Source: Microthrixaceae bacterium (GTDB lineage: Bacteria; Actinomycetota; Acidimicrobiia; Acidimicrobiales; VFJN01). Taken from it: a stretch of DNA of 64,000 nucleotides. Both the position numbers and the translations under genes were made by a program. Location of the stretch: contig JBQTHC010000006.1 in NCBI GenBank assembly GCA_052390255.1, positions 842-64,841 on the forward strand, in the 5' to 3' direction. The notes beneath the pieces were generated by a model. The model made no database searches and was not told the DNA's origin. It saw only the letters and a program-made list of their open reading frames with translations. Positions 44,419 to 53,826 of the stretch are shown here, piece by piece (position 1 is the stretch's first letter; each line of letters opens with the position of its first letter).

Positions 44419-45654
44419 GTGCTGGTTCTGTTGAGCGTGGCACTCGTACTCGTTGCCACGGTGCTGTTGGTGCTCGGACTCCTGAGCGACGACGGCCTCA
44501 CGCTGATCTACCTCTCGATCGCGAGCAGCGTGGCCGCCGCCGCTGTGCTCGTCGTGGCGCTGCGCACGAGCAAGCCGCGCACGTCGGGTGTGCACGCCGC
44601 CGCGCCGAACGCCCTTCCCGAGGTCGAGCACGAGCCCGAGCTGGCGATCGCAGGGAGCACCGCGGGTGACCTCGTGGAGGTCGCGCCCACCTCGGCTCCG
44701 GCCTCGACGGACGAGTGGCTCGCCTCTGATCTCGCCGACTGGTCGGGGTCAGAAGCCGCCGACGATGTCGACGACCCGGACGACCTCGACGACCGCGAGG
44801 ACCTCGACGCCGAGGAGGTCGAGTTCCCCATCGCGGACTACGACACGTTGTCGGTCGGCCAGATCCTGCCGTTGCTGCCGCAGCTCTACGACGACGAGAT
44901 CGACGTCGTAGAGGAACGGGAGCGCCTCACCAAGGCCCGGCCGCAGGTGCTCGCCAAGCTCGCCGAGCTGCGCGACGCGCCGAGTGTGAGCGATCCGCTC
45001 GCGAGCTACACGGAGCCGGCTGGTGAGCTCGAGGCGTGGGATGACGACGAGGACTGGTTCCCCATCGAGGACTATGAGTCGCTGTCTGCCGCGCAGATCC
45101 TGCCGCTGCTGCCCGAGCTCGACGAAGAAGAGCTCCAGATGGTGCGGACTCGGGAGCTCTCGTTGGGCCGACGTCGGAGCCTGCTCGACGAGATCGACCG
45201 CGCGCTCGGGGTCACGCCCCCGCCTGCAGCACCCTCGGAGCCCGCGGTGCCGCCCAAGAAGGCGCCGCCGGTGAAGAAGGCGGCGGCGCCGGTGAGGAAG
45301 GGTGTCGCGCCGACCAAGAAGGTGACCGCCGCGGCGCCGGTGAAGAAGGCGGCGGCGCCGGCCAGGAAGCCCGCGGCAGCGGCCAAGAAGCCCGCTGCAG
45401 CGGCCAGCAACGCGACACCGGTGAAGAAGGCGGCGGCACCGGCGAAGAGCGCGGTGGCTCCGGCGAAGAGCGCGGTGGCTCCGGTGAAGAAGGTCGCCGC
45501 GGCGGCCAAGAAGGCTGCGGCGCCGGTGAAGAAGGCACCCGCGCCCGTCAAGAAGGCTGCGGCACCGGTGAAGAAGGCTGCCGCCTCGTCCACCAATGCC
45601 GCCAAGGCCGCAGGCACGAAGACCACCCCGGCGAAGAAGTCCGCGCGCAGCTGA
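44419..45654 (+). CDS. membrane-anchored protein with two tandem ~50-aa modules and a Lys/Ala/Pro-rich histone-H1-like C-terminal tail
   Basis: Two N-terminal TM helices and an acidic linker. The module is duplicated as FPI[AE]DY[DE]xLSxxQILPLLPxL..EE. The C-terminal ~130 aa consist of PVKKAAAP/AKKA repeats. The start is GTG, preceded by GGGAAGGGA. Confidence 0.7.
   Translation: MLVLLSVALVLVATVLLVLGLLSDDGLTLIYLSIASSVAAAAVLVVALRTSKPRTSGVHAAAPNALPEVEHEPELAIAGSTAGDLVEVAPTSAPASTDEWLASDLADWSGSEAADDVDDPDDLDDREDLDAEEVEFPIADYDTLSVGQILPLLPQLYDDEIDVVEERERLTKARPQVLAKLAELRDAPSVSDPLASYTEPAGELEAWDDDEDWFPIEDYESLSAAQILPLLPELDEEELQMVRTRELSLGRRRSLLDEIDRALGVTPPPAAPSEPAVPPKKAPPVKKAAAPVRKGVAPTKKVTAAAPVKKAAAPARKPAAAAKKPAAAASNATPVKKAAAPAKSAVAPAKSAVAPVKKVAAAAKKAAAPVKKAPAPVKKAAAPVKKAAASSTNAAKAAGTKTTPAKKSARS
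45439..45480 (+). repeat. perfect 21-bp tandem duplication (CCGGCGAAGAGCGCGGTGGCT x2) inside the AKKA tail
   Basis: Bases 45439-45459 equal bases 45460-45480. Each unit encodes PAKSAVA. The surrounding sequence carries degenerate copies of the same unit. Confidence 0.9.
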
Positions 45655-45675
45655 CCGCCGGCACGGTCACATCGC

Positions 45676-48600
45676 TCACGCCTTCGTGAGCGCGACCCCG
45701 ATCTCATCGTCGTCGATCGTGACGATGCTGGCGTCCCCGGGGAGCACGTCATCGAGCTCGAGCGAGACTGCGAGGGTCTCGGCTGCGATCCAGCCACGGT
45801 GATCGTCGACCGCGGCGATGATCGCCGCTGGTGCGCGGAAGCGCACGGTCACACGATCCGAGATCTCGAACCCGGAGTCCTTGCGCAGGTCGTTGATCGC
45901 GCGGACGAGCTCTCGTGCCGTGCCCTCACTGCGTAGCGCGTCCGTGAGCTCGAGATCGAGCGCCACCGCCCAACCGCCATCCTCGGCGAGCGCGAACGCA
46001 TCGTGGCGCGCCGCGCGCACCTCCACCTCGTCAGCGCTCAAGCGCTCGCCCGCGATCTCGATGAACCCATCGTGCTCGAGCCGTCGTTGGAGCTCTGAGC
46101 CGTCGGCCGTCTGGAGCGCCTGCTTCACGTCGTTGATCCGCGCGCCCAACCGGGGGCCGAGGACACGGAAGTTCGGAACGACTGACCACGACATCAAGCC
46201 CGACAGGGTGTCGACGTCTTCGAGCACCTTGACGTTGAGCTCGACCGCGATCTCCTCGAGGACCTCGGCGGACAGCGAGGCACCGGGGTGCAGGAGGAGC
46301 GCACGAGACAACGGCTGTCGCACGCGCACCTTCGCGTCGGTGCGCGCGGCGCGACCGAGCGCCACGAGGCGCCGACCAGCGGCCATGGAGGCGGCCAGAT
46401 CCTCGTCGCGCCAGCCCCCCACGCTCGGCCAGTCGGCGAGGTGAACGGATGCGCTGGCCGTGAGCGTGGTGTGCAGCTCGTCGGCGAGGAAGGGGCAGAA
46501 CGGCGCCAGCAGCTCGGCGACGGTGCGAAGGCACTGGTGAAGCGTCGCGTGTGCAGCAGGATCGGATGCCTTCCAGAACCGGGGGCGGCTTCGCCGCACG
46601 TACCAGTTCGACAAGTCGTCGACGAACCCCGCGAGGCGGGTCGCGCCGGCGAGGGCGTCGAAGGTCTCGAGTGCGGCGGTGACGGTGACGACCGTGTCGT
46701 CGAGCTCCGAGAGGATCCAGCGATCGAGCACGTGGGTCGGCTGGGGCACCTCACCGGTGGGAGACCAGCCGTCGAGGTCGGCGTAGGTGCAGTGGAAGGA
46801 GAAGACGTTCCACAGCGTGACCAAGGTCTGACGAGTCGCTTCGCGGATGCCGTCCTCCGAGACGCGGCGCGGTGTCCATGGCTGGCCGGCGGAGAAGAAG
46901 TACCACCGGAGTGCATCCGCTCCGAGCGACGAGAAGATCTGCCACGGATCGACCACGTTGCCGCGCGACTTGGACATCTTCGCCCCGTTCTCGTCGACGA
47001 GCAGACCGAGGCACACGACGTTGCGATAGGGGGTCTCGCCGAACACGAGGGTGTTCACCGCGAGGAGTGAGTAGAACCACCCGCGCGTCTGGTCGATCGC
47101 CTCGCAGATGAAGTCCGCCGGGAAGGACCGTTCGAACTGGCTGTCGTCAGCGAAGGGGTGGTGGTGCTGCGCGGACGGCATCGACCCGGAGTCGAACCAC
47201 GCGTCGAGGACCGGCGGCAGGCGCCGGGCGGTGCCGCTGCAGCTCTGGCAGGGGAACGTGACGTCATCGACGTAGGGGCGGTGGAGGTCGAGGTCGCTGA
47301 GATCGTGACCCGCGAGCGCGGCCAGCTCCGCGATCGACCCGACGCAGGTGTCGACCCGGCACTCGCCGCAGCGCCAGATCGGCAGCGGCGTGCCCCAGTA
47401 CCGGTCGCGCGACAGCGCCCAGTCGACGTTGCCCTCGAGCCACTTCCCGAACCGTCCGGTCTTGATGTGGCTCGGGTACCAGCCGATGCGCTCGTTCTGC
47501 TCCAGCAGCTCGGCGCGACGCTCGGAGGTGCGTGCGAACCAGGAGGTCTTGGCCCAGTAGATGAGTGGCGTCCCGCAGCGCCAGCAATGCGGGTAGGAGT
47601 GCTCGTAGGGCTCCTCTGCGACGAGACGTCCACGTGCGGTGAGATCGTCGATGATGTCGCGGTCGGCGTCCTTCACGAAGCGCCCCTGGAACTGCGGCAC
47701 GCGCCCGTCGAACTCGCCGTCGGCGTCGACCGGGTTCAGCGTGGGCAGTCCCTCGCTGCGACCGACCTGCGCGTCCTCCTCGCCGAAGGCAGGAGCGATG
47801 TGGACGATCCCGGTGCCGTCGGCGTCGGACACGTAGTCCGCCGCCACGATCCGCCAGGGCGCGCCGTCACTCGCCTCCAAGGCGTGGAAGGGGCGGTCGT
47901 AGTGCCAGCCGACGAGCTCGGCACCGTGCCATCGCTCGACGACCTCGGTGTCGGGGTAGCGGCGCGCCGCGGCTGTCTCGCCCAGGATCAGGTCGGCGCC
48001 GCCGGCGGGATCGACCACCCGCACGTAGGTGAGGTCAGGGCCGACGGCAGCCGCGACGTTGGAGATGAGCGTCCATGGTGTGGTGGTCCACACGAGCAGG
48101 TCGGCACCGGTCGCGGGACCGGTCGTGAGCGGGAAGCGCACGTAGATCGACGGGTCGATGACGTCCTGGTAGCCCTGTGCCACCTCGTGCGAGGACAGCG
48201 CCGTGCCGCAGCGGGCGCAGTACGGGCTGACGCGGTGGCCCTCGTAGAGGAGATCCGCGTCCCAGAGCTGCTTGACGAGCCACCAGACGGACTCGATGTA
48301 CTCGTTGCTGAGCGTCCAGTAGGCGTCCTTGGTGTCGATCCAGGTGCCGGATCGTGTCGTGAGGGCGGACCAGTCCTCGACGTATCGGCGGACCGACGCC
48401 CGGCACCGCTCGTTGAACGCCTCGATCCCGTAGGCCTCGATGTCACCCTTGGTCGCGAGGCCGAGCTCGCGCTCGATCTCCAGCTCGACGGGGAGGCCGT
48501 GGCAGTCCCAACCGCCCTTGCGCGGCACGTCGTGGCCGCGCATCGTCTGGAACCTGGGGTAGAGGTCCTTGAACGCGCGGGCCCACACGTGGTGGAGGCC

Positions 48601-48765
48601 GGGCTTGCCGTTCGCGGTGGGCGGCCCTTCGTAGAAGATCCACGGCTCTGCTCCCTTGCGGGAGCGCTGCACCTCACCGACGATGTCGTGCTCGCGCCAG
48701 CGCTCGAGGACGCGCTCCTCCAGCGCGACGAGGTCGAGCATGGACGCGACAGGCCCGATCGGCAT
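45676..48765 (-). CDS. ileS: isoleucine--tRNA ligase
   Basis: 1029 aa with the HIGH-region variant [14 protein letters not shown] (AKMSKSRGN), and WTTTPWTL in the editing domain. Confidence 0.95.
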   Translation of the reverse strand: MPIGPVASMLDLVALEERVLERWREHDIVGEVQRSRKGAEPWIFYEGPPTANGKPGLHHVWARAFKDLYPRFQTMRGHDVPRKGGWDCHGLPVELEIERELGLATKGDIEAYGIEAFNERCRASVRRYVEDWSALTTRSGTWIDTKDAYWTLSNEYIESVWWLVKQLWDADLLYEGHRVSPYCARCGTALSSHEVAQGYQDVIDPSIYVRFPLTTGPATGADLLVWTTTPWTLISNVAAAVGPDLTYVRVVDPAGGADLILGETAAARRYPDTEVVERWHGAELVGWHYDRPFHALEASDGAPWRIVAADYVSDADGTGIVHIAPAFGEEDAQVGRSEGLPTLNPVDADGEFDGRVPQFQGRFVKDADRDIIDDLTARGRLVAEEPYEHSYPHCWRCGTPLIYWAKTSWFARTSERRAELLEQNERIGWYPSHIKTGRFGKWLEGNVDWALSRDRYWGTPLPIWRCGECRVDTCVGSIAELAALAGHDLSDLDLHRPYVDDVTFPCQSCSGTARRLPPVLDAWFDSGSMPSAQHHHPFADDSQFERSFPADFICEAIDQTRGWFYSLLAVNTLVFGETPYRNVVCLGLLVDENGAKMSKSRGNVVDPWQIFSSLGADALRWYFFSAGQPWTPRRVSEDGIREATRQTLVTLWNVFSFHCTYADLDGWSPTGEVPQPTHVLDRWILSELDDTVVTVTAALETFDALAGATRLAGFVDDLSNWYVRRSRPRFWKASDPAAHATLHQCLRTVAELLAPFCPFLADELHTTLTASASVHLADWPSVGGWRDEDLAASMAAGRRLVALGRAARTDAKVRVRQPLSRALLLHPGASLSAEVLEEIAVELNVKVLEDVDTLSGLMSWSVVPNFRVLGPRLGARINDVKQALQTADGSELQRRLEHDGFIEIAGERLSADEVEVRAARHDAFALAEDGGWAVALDLELTDALRSEGTARELVRAINDLRKDSGFEISDRVTVRFRAPAAIIAAVDDHRGWIAAETLAVSLELDDVLPGDASIVTIDDDEIGVALTKA

Positions 48766-48816
48766 CCGAACAGGCTACGGCATCGCTTGACCCAGCCAGA
48801 CCGACGTTCCGCGAGG

Positions 48817-48845
48817 TTGCCGTACCGAAGGCGCGTGCGTACAAT
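48817..48845 (+). promoter_or_regulatory. candidate promoter TTGCCG - 17 nt - TACAAT for the DksA-like gene
   Basis: TACAAT at 48840-48845 is an unusually AT-rich hexamer for this sequence. It lies 47 nt upstream of ATG 48893, and GAGAGGA lies in between. Confidence 0.45.
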
Positions 48846-48892
48846 GCCGCACCCTTTGGGGACCGCGGGCACGCGAGAGGACGTCACCGAGC

Positions 48893-49621
48893 ATGGCACC
48901 GAAGACCAAGGCGGCCGCCAAGGCCGCCAAGGCACCGGCCAAGGCCACCACGAAGTCGACCAGCAAGACGCCGGCCAAGAAGAAGACGGCGGCCCGGCCG
49001 GTGGCGGTCGCGCCGAAGAAGGGCGCTGCGAAGAAGGCCGCGGCCACGAAGGCGTCGGCCAAGAAGGCACCCGCGAAGAAGGCCAGCGCCGCAGTCAAGA
49101 CGGCCACGAAGGCGCCCGCCAAGAAGGCGCCCGCGAAGAAGCCGACGGCGAAGGCAGCGCCCGTGCCTGAGCGCCGACGCGTGATCCCTGCGCTCGCCAA
49201 GCGCACCCCGAACGAGAGCAACCGGAAGGCCCCGCCGAAGCGCAAGGGTCCACTCGACAAGTTCCTCCTCGGTCAGCTCGAGGCACTGCACGAGGAGCGC
49301 GCCACCTACACGCGCCAGGCCGCGTCGCTCAAGGCAGAGGCCGATCTGCTCGTTGCCGAGCGCGAGCCCGGCGACGTCCAGTTCGACGAGGAGTCGGGCG
49401 AGGGCGACACGCTCGCCGTCGAGCGCGAGCGCGACCTCGCGCTCAGCGCGCAGGCCTCGGCCGCGGTGGAGGACATCGACCGCGCCATCGCCAAGCTGCA
49501 CGACGGCACCTACGGCGTGTGCGAGCAGTGCTATGCCACCATCCCGAAGGAGCGCCTCCGGGCGTTGCCGTACGCCGCGCTGTGCGTGTCCTGCAAGAGC
49601 GCGGGGTTCTCGCGTCGCTGA
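48893..49621 (+). CDS. DksA/TraR-family C4 zinc-finger protein with an N-terminal Lys/Ala-rich histone-H1-like extension
   Basis: The C-terminal region has a coiled coil plus CEQC-x17-CVSC. The N-terminal ~100 aa consist of AKKA/PAKK repeats. Confidence 0.8.
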   Translation: MAPKTKAAAKAAKAPAKATTKSTSKTPAKKKTAARPVAVAPKKGAAKKAAATKASAKKAPAKKASAAVKTATKAPAKKAPAKKPTAKAAPVPERRRVIPALAKRTPNESNRKAPPKRKGPLDKFLLGQLEALHEERATYTRQAASLKAEADLLVAEREPGDVQFDEESGEGDTLAVERERDLALSAQASAAVEDIDRAIAKLHDGTYGVCEQCYATIPKERLRALPYAALCVSCKSAGFSRR

Positions 49622-49622
49622 C

Positions 49623-50132
49623 GTGACGTCCAGCGAGGTGCCCGCACACGAAGGCCTCGGCCCGAGCCGGCTCCACCGCCCCGCCTTCGCCGCGGCCGCG
49701 GCCGTGGCCGTCCTGCTCGATCAGCTCGCGAAGCAGTGGGCGCTCGTCGCACTCGACGACGGCCCGGTCGATCTGGTGGGATCGCTGAGGCTGCGTCTCG
49801 CCTTCAACGACAGCGCTGCGTTCAGCCTCGGTGGGGGACGGACCACCGCCATCGCGCTCGTCGCCCTCGCCGTGTCCGCGTTCATCGTGCGCCTGGGCCT
49901 GCGCGCCGAGCACCGCCTCTGGGCGATCGGGCTCGGCGCGATCCTCGGGGGGGCGCTCGGCAACCTGGTCGACCGAACCTTCCGGGCCGGTGACGGCGTG
50001 CTCGGAGGTCGCGTCGTCGACTTCATCGACCTGCAGTGGTGGCCGGTGTTCAACGTGGCCGACATCTCGCTGTGGGTGGGGATCGGGCTGCTCGCGATCG
50101 ACGTCTGGTGGAACGGGGAGGCGGACCGGTGA
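49623..50132 (+). CDS. lspA: lipoprotein signal peptidase II
   Basis: Four TM segments, with NDSAAFSL, GNLVDR, VVDFID and FNVADI motifs. GTG 49623 lies 1 nt after the preceding stop. Confidence 0.9.
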   Translation: MTSSEVPAHEGLGPSRLHRPAFAAAAAVAVLLDQLAKQWALVALDDGPVDLVGSLRLRLAFNDSAAFSLGGGRTTAIALVALAVSAFIVRLGLRAEHRLWAIGLGAILGGALGNLVDRTFRAGDGVLGGRVVDFIDLQWWPVFNVADISLWVGIGLLAIDVWWNGEADR

Positions 50133-51049
50133 GGCTCGTCGAGACGATCCCCGAGGGCCTCGACGGGGAGCGGGTCGATCGGGTGGTGGCGATGGTGGCG
50201 AACCGCTCTCGGTCGGATGCGGCGAGGCTGATCGAGGCGGGGGCGGTGCTCGTCGACGGGCTCGTGCCCAGCTCGCGGTCGGCGAAGGTCCGACTCGGCG
50301 ACGTCGTGGTCGTCGAGGTCGCGGATCGAGAACCGACGCTCGGCCTCACGCCCGAGCCGGACGTCGCGGTGAGGGTCGTGCACGAGGATGCGCACCTCCT
50401 GGTGGTCGACAAGCCGGCCGGGCTGATCGTGCACCCGGGCGCCGGGAGCTCCAGCGGGACGCTCGTCCATGGCCTGCTCGCGCGCTACCCGGAGCTCACC
50501 GGGGTGGGCGTGGACGCCACCAGACCGGGGATCGTGCATCGCCTCGACAAGGGCACCTCAGGCCTGCTGCTCGTCGCTCGAACTCCCGCGGCGTACGAGG
50601 CGCTGGTCGCCGCGCTCGCGGAGCGTGCCGTGCATCGCCGCTATCGGGCCCTCGTCTGGGGGCACGTCGCGGCCGCGTCCGGGCTGATCGATGCGCCGAT
50701 CGGTCGGTCGGCTCGGGAGCCCACACGGATGGCGGTCGACGTGCGCGGCAAGCAGGCCCGCACGCGCTATGCGGTCCTTCACACGTACGCCGAACCAGTC
50801 GAGGTCACTGAGCTCGCCTGCACGCTCGAGACAGGTAGGACCCATCAGATCCGAGTGCACCTCCGCTCGATCGGGCACGCCGTCGTCGGCGACGCGCGCT
50901 ACGACGGCGCCCGCCAGTCCCTCCCGCTGCCGCGCCCCTTCCTGCACGCCGAGGTGCTCGAGCTCCAGCATCCGGTCACGGGCGCACCGCTGCGCTTCGA
51001 GTCGCCGTTGCCCGACGATCTCGCGTCTGTCCTCGCTGGTCTGTCGTAG
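50129..51049 (+). CDS. rluD: RluA-family 23S rRNA pseudouridine synthase
   Basis: S4-like N-terminus, HRLDKGTSGLLLVA catalytic motif, and TGRTHQIRVH. GTG 50129 overlaps the lspA stop (GTGA). Confidence 0.85.
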   Translation: MRLVETIPEGLDGERVDRVVAMVANRSRSDAARLIEAGAVLVDGLVPSSRSAKVRLGDVVVVEVADREPTLGLTPEPDVAVRVVHEDAHLLVVDKPAGLIVHPGAGSSSGTLVHGLLARYPELTGVGVDATRPGIVHRLDKGTSGLLLVARTPAAYEALVAALAERAVHRRYRALVWGHVAAASGLIDAPIGRSAREPTRMAVDVRGKQARTRYAVLHTYAEPVEVTELACTLETGRTHQIRVHLRSIGHAVVGDARYDGARQSLPLPRPFLHAEVLELQHPVTGAPLRFESPLPDDLASVLAGLS

Positions 51050-51060
51050 GCCGCGGCCCG

Positions 51061-51510
51061 TCAGCCGCTCGTCGGTTCGGGCCAGTCCTGCTGGCCACGC
51101 GCCATCGCGACGATGTCCGCCAGGGTGAAGCTGTCGAGCTGCGCGCGGATGCGACTGCTGAAGCCCGCCCACACCGCAAGGAGGACGCACTGGCCCTCGT
51201 GGTCGCACGCGCCGTCTTGGTGCGGTTCGCCGAAGTCGCCGACCACGATCGGGCCGTCGACCGCCGACACGATCTCGCCAAGGGTGATCTGCGCCGGCTC
51301 GCGGGCGAGGATGTAGCCGCCGCCGACGCCGCGCTTGGACCGGACGATCCCAGCGCCCTTCAGCGCAAGGAGGATCTGCTCCAGGTAGGGCTGTGGCAGC
51401 CCGGTGCGCTCGGCGATGTCGCGCACGGAGGTGGGGCCGGTCTCGTCGGCGTGCAGCGCGAGCGACAGCAGCGCGCGGCTCGCGTAGTCGCCACGGGTCG
51501 AGACCTTCAC
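51061..51510 (-). CDS. Rrf2-family transcriptional regulator
   Basis: VKVSTRGDYASRALLSLA... and RGVGGGYILAR motifs. GTG 51510 gives 149 aa. Only two cysteines are present (CDHEGQC). Confidence 0.85.
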   Translation of the reverse strand: MKVSTRGDYASRALLSLALHADETGPTSVRDIAERTGLPQPYLEQILLALKGAGIVRSKRGVGGGYILAREPAQITLGEIVSAVDGPIVVGDFGEPHQDGACDHEGQCVLLAVWAGFSSRIRAQLDSFTLADIVAMARGQQDWPEPTSG

Positions 51511-51648
51511 CGGGGGAACTGTACGGCGACGGGACCACCCCTGGTCACGACCGGCCGCGTCGCCGGTTTCAGGGATGGTCCGGCGGGGCCGATACGGTCT
51601 GGAGAGTCCGTCGGCCTCCCCATCCGCGGATCCCCCGAGGCGATGCAC

Positions 51649-52755
51649 ATGCCAGACCAACCCCTCCTCCCGTCCTACGACGGCGCATGCATCACGAACC
51701 TGGTGCCGGCGCTGTTCGAGCGCCGCGACGAAGCGCCCACCTGGCTCCCCGCCGTGGCAGCGGGGGCCACACGCACGGTGCTCCTCGTGATCGACGGTCT
51801 CGGCTGGAACCAGCTCGCCGCGCGCCGGGCGGCCACACCGGTGCTGAGCGGCCTCGACGGCGGGCCGATCACCACCGTCGCTCCCTCCACCACGGCTACC
51901 GCACTCACCTCGATCAGCACAGGGCTGCCGCCTGGCCAGCACGGCGTCGTCGGGTACCGCATGGCGGTGCACGGTGAGGTGCTGAACGTGCTGCGCTGGA
52001 GCACGGCAGCGGGCGACGCGCGGAGCACGATCCCGCCCCAGAAGGTCCAGATGAGCCCCGCGTTCGGCGGTCAGCGGCCGCCCGTGGTCACGCGGGCGGA
52101 GTTCGAGCGGTCGGGGTTCACGGTGGCGCACCTGGACGAGACTCGGTTCACGGGATACCGCACCCTCGGAACGCTGGTGGCAGAGGTCGTGCGCCTGGTG
52201 CAATCAGGTGAGCCGTTCGTGTACGCGTACTACGAGGGTCTCGACAAGGTCTCCCACGAGCATGGCTTGGGGGCGCAGTACGACGAGGAGCTGCGTTGGA
52301 TCGACCACCTCGTGGAGACGCTCCTCGAACGCCTCCCGGCTGGCACGGTGCTCGTGGTCACCGCGGATCACGGGCAGGTCGAGGTTCCGCAGGATCGCGT
52401 CCGCGAGCTCCCCGGCGAGCTGCTCAGCCACGTCGCGATCCAGTCAGGCGAGGGTCGGTTCCGCTGGTTGCACGCGCGCTCGGGTCGGGCGGCTGCGCTC
52501 CTCGAGGCGGCGCACGGGATGCTCGGGGACGACGCGTGGGTGCGCAGCCGCGAGGAGGCGATCGCCGAAGGCTGGTACGGCCCCGTGGTCACCGACGCCG
52601 CGGCGAGCAGGCTCGGCGACGTGCTCCTGGCCGCGAAGGGCGACGCAGCGTTCACCGATCCGAACGACACAGGTCCCTACGTGCTCATCGGCCGACACGG
52701 GTCCCTCACGGAGGACGAGATGCTCGTGCCGCTCCTCGCCGGGGTCGCACGCTGA
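51649..52755 (+). CDS. alkaline-phosphatase-superfamily protein (nucleotide pyrophosphatase/phosphodiesterase-like)
   Basis: VIDGLGW, APSTTATALTSISTG (nucleophile Thr region), and VTADHG. The start is ATG 51649 or ATG 51643. Confidence 0.7.
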   Translation: MPDQPLLPSYDGACITNLVPALFERRDEAPTWLPAVAAGATRTVLLVIDGLGWNQLAARRAATPVLSGLDGGPITTVAPSTTATALTSISTGLPPGQHGVVGYRMAVHGEVLNVLRWSTAAGDARSTIPPQKVQMSPAFGGQRPPVVTRAEFERSGFTVAHLDETRFTGYRTLGTLVAEVVRLVQSGEPFVYAYYEGLDKVSHEHGLGAQYDEELRWIDHLVETLLERLPAGTVLVVTADHGQVEVPQDRVRELPGELLSHVAIQSGEGRFRWLHARSGRAAALLEAAHGMLGDDAWVRSREEAIAEGWYGPVVTDAAASRLGDVLLAAKGDAAFTDPNDTGPYVLIGRHGSLTEDEMLVPLLAGVAR

Positions 52756-52779
52756 GGCGCGGACGATAGGTTGACCGCC

Positions 52780-53295
52780 ATGCCTGAGACCCCTGCCGAG
52801 ACCACCGAGGAGGAACCCGTCCTCGTTCCGGCGGTCGTCCACGAGGACGACGAGCCGCACGAGCTCGTCGAGTCGCCCGGCAAGGTGATGCGCATCGGGT
52901 CGATGATCAAGCAGCTCCTCGAGGAGGTCCGGCAGTCAGATCTCGACGAGCCGAGCCGCGAGCGCTTGCGTGAGATCTACGAGACCTCCGTGTCCGAGCT
53001 CTCCTCCGCGCTCTCGCCCGACCTCCAGGACGAGCTGAAGCGCCTCGCTCACCCGTTCGACGCTCAGGGTGTTCCCTCCGAGGCAGAGCTGCGCATCGCG
53101 AAGGCGCAGCTCGTCGGGTGGCTCGAGGGTCTGTTCCACGGCATCCAGGCGACGCTGTTCGCGCAGCAGATGGCCGCTCGCCAGCAGCTCGACCAGATGC
53201 AGGCGCGTCAGCTCCCTCCCGGCGCCCCGCAAGGGATGCGGGTGCCTGGGGCGTCGCAGGCGGACGGGGACGAGCGTCCCGGCACCTACCTGTAG
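52780..53295 (+). CDS. bpa: bacterial proteasome activator (Bpa/PafE-like)
   Basis: About 170 aa and helical (IGSMIKQLLEEVR...). It has a disordered C-terminus ending GTYL, close to the GQYL proteasome-docking motif I recall for mycobacterial Bpa. ATG 52780 has TAGGTT 7 nt upstream. Confidence 0.65.
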   Translation: MPETPAETTEEEPVLVPAVVHEDDEPHELVESPGKVMRIGSMIKQLLEEVRQSDLDEPSRERLREIYETSVSELSSALSPDLQDELKRLAHPFDAQGVPSEAELRIAKAQLVGWLEGLFHGIQATLFAQQMAARQQLDQMQARQLPPGAPQGMRVPGASQADGDERPGTYL

Positions 53296-53301
53296 CGGTT
53301 C

Positions 53302-53775
53302 CTACGGTCCGATGAGCAGGGAGCCCTCGATCGCGTAGGTGCGCCCGGATTCGAGGCGCAGCTCCGCATGATCGGACGCGGTGCCATGTGCAGGGATCTC
53401 CCCGATGTCGATCGGGATCGCGGTCCCGCCGAGCCGGAGCTGGACCGAGCCGCGCCAGCCGAAGCGGCTGGTGGTCGTGATGTGCAGCGTCACGTCCGCG
53501 CGGTTGCGCGAGCGGCTCCCCATCTCGAGGTCGAGCTCGAGCCCGCCGCACACCTGACGCGTTCGCACCTCGCCGCGTGGCCCCCGCTCGATGACGCCCG
53601 AGGAGGTGATCGTGGGCGGGCCGTCCTCGGGAACCTCGACGCTGAAGGGGGTCGCGCTGCGGTCCCGGCAGGTGAGGATGTGCGTGAGCCCGCGCAAGGA
53701 CGAGGTGCCGATCGGGATGAGCAGCACCGCGAGCAGACCGATCAGGGCGACCTGGGCTCGCAGCGCCGACGGCAT
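53302..53775 (-). CDS. hypothetical membrane-anchored/secreted protein
   Basis: 157 aa from ATG 53775, with N-terminal signal/TM LRAQVALIGLLAVLLIPIG. The rest of ORF 53302..54699 is a shadow of the GGDEF-like gene. Confidence 0.5.
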   Translation of the reverse strand: MPSALRAQVALIGLLAVLLIPIGTSSLRGLTHILTCRDRSATPFSVEVPEDGPPTITSSGVIERGPRGEVRTRQVCGGLELDLEMGSRSRNRADVTLHITTTSRFGWRGSVQLRLGGTAIPIDIGEIPAHGTASDHAELRLESGRTYAIEGSLLIGP

Positions 53776-53826
53776 GACGGCATCGTAAACCCCGGTGCGC
53801 ACCGCATCGGTGGTTACGCTTCGGCG

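Noticed and set aside
45220-45651. Repetitive DNA here and at 48893..49200 as a CRISPR array or non-coding satellite.
   Set aside because: The repeats are in frame, 21-24 nt, degenerate, and without unique spacers. They translate into continuous AKKA/PVKK low-complexity tails of proteins that have clear N- or C-terminal domains.
48766-48892. Possible T-box riboswitch leader upstream of ileS. Actinobacterial ileS genes are known to carry T-boxes.
   Set aside because: The spacer is only 127 nt. On the ileS strand I find AAAGGGTGCGGCA..., but not the conserved GGGTGGTACCGCG-type T-box sequence or a convincing specifier stem. A TAGCCT hexamer sits 6 nt before the ATG, which points to a leaderless transcript. 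A covariance-model scan (Rfam RF00230) would settle the question.
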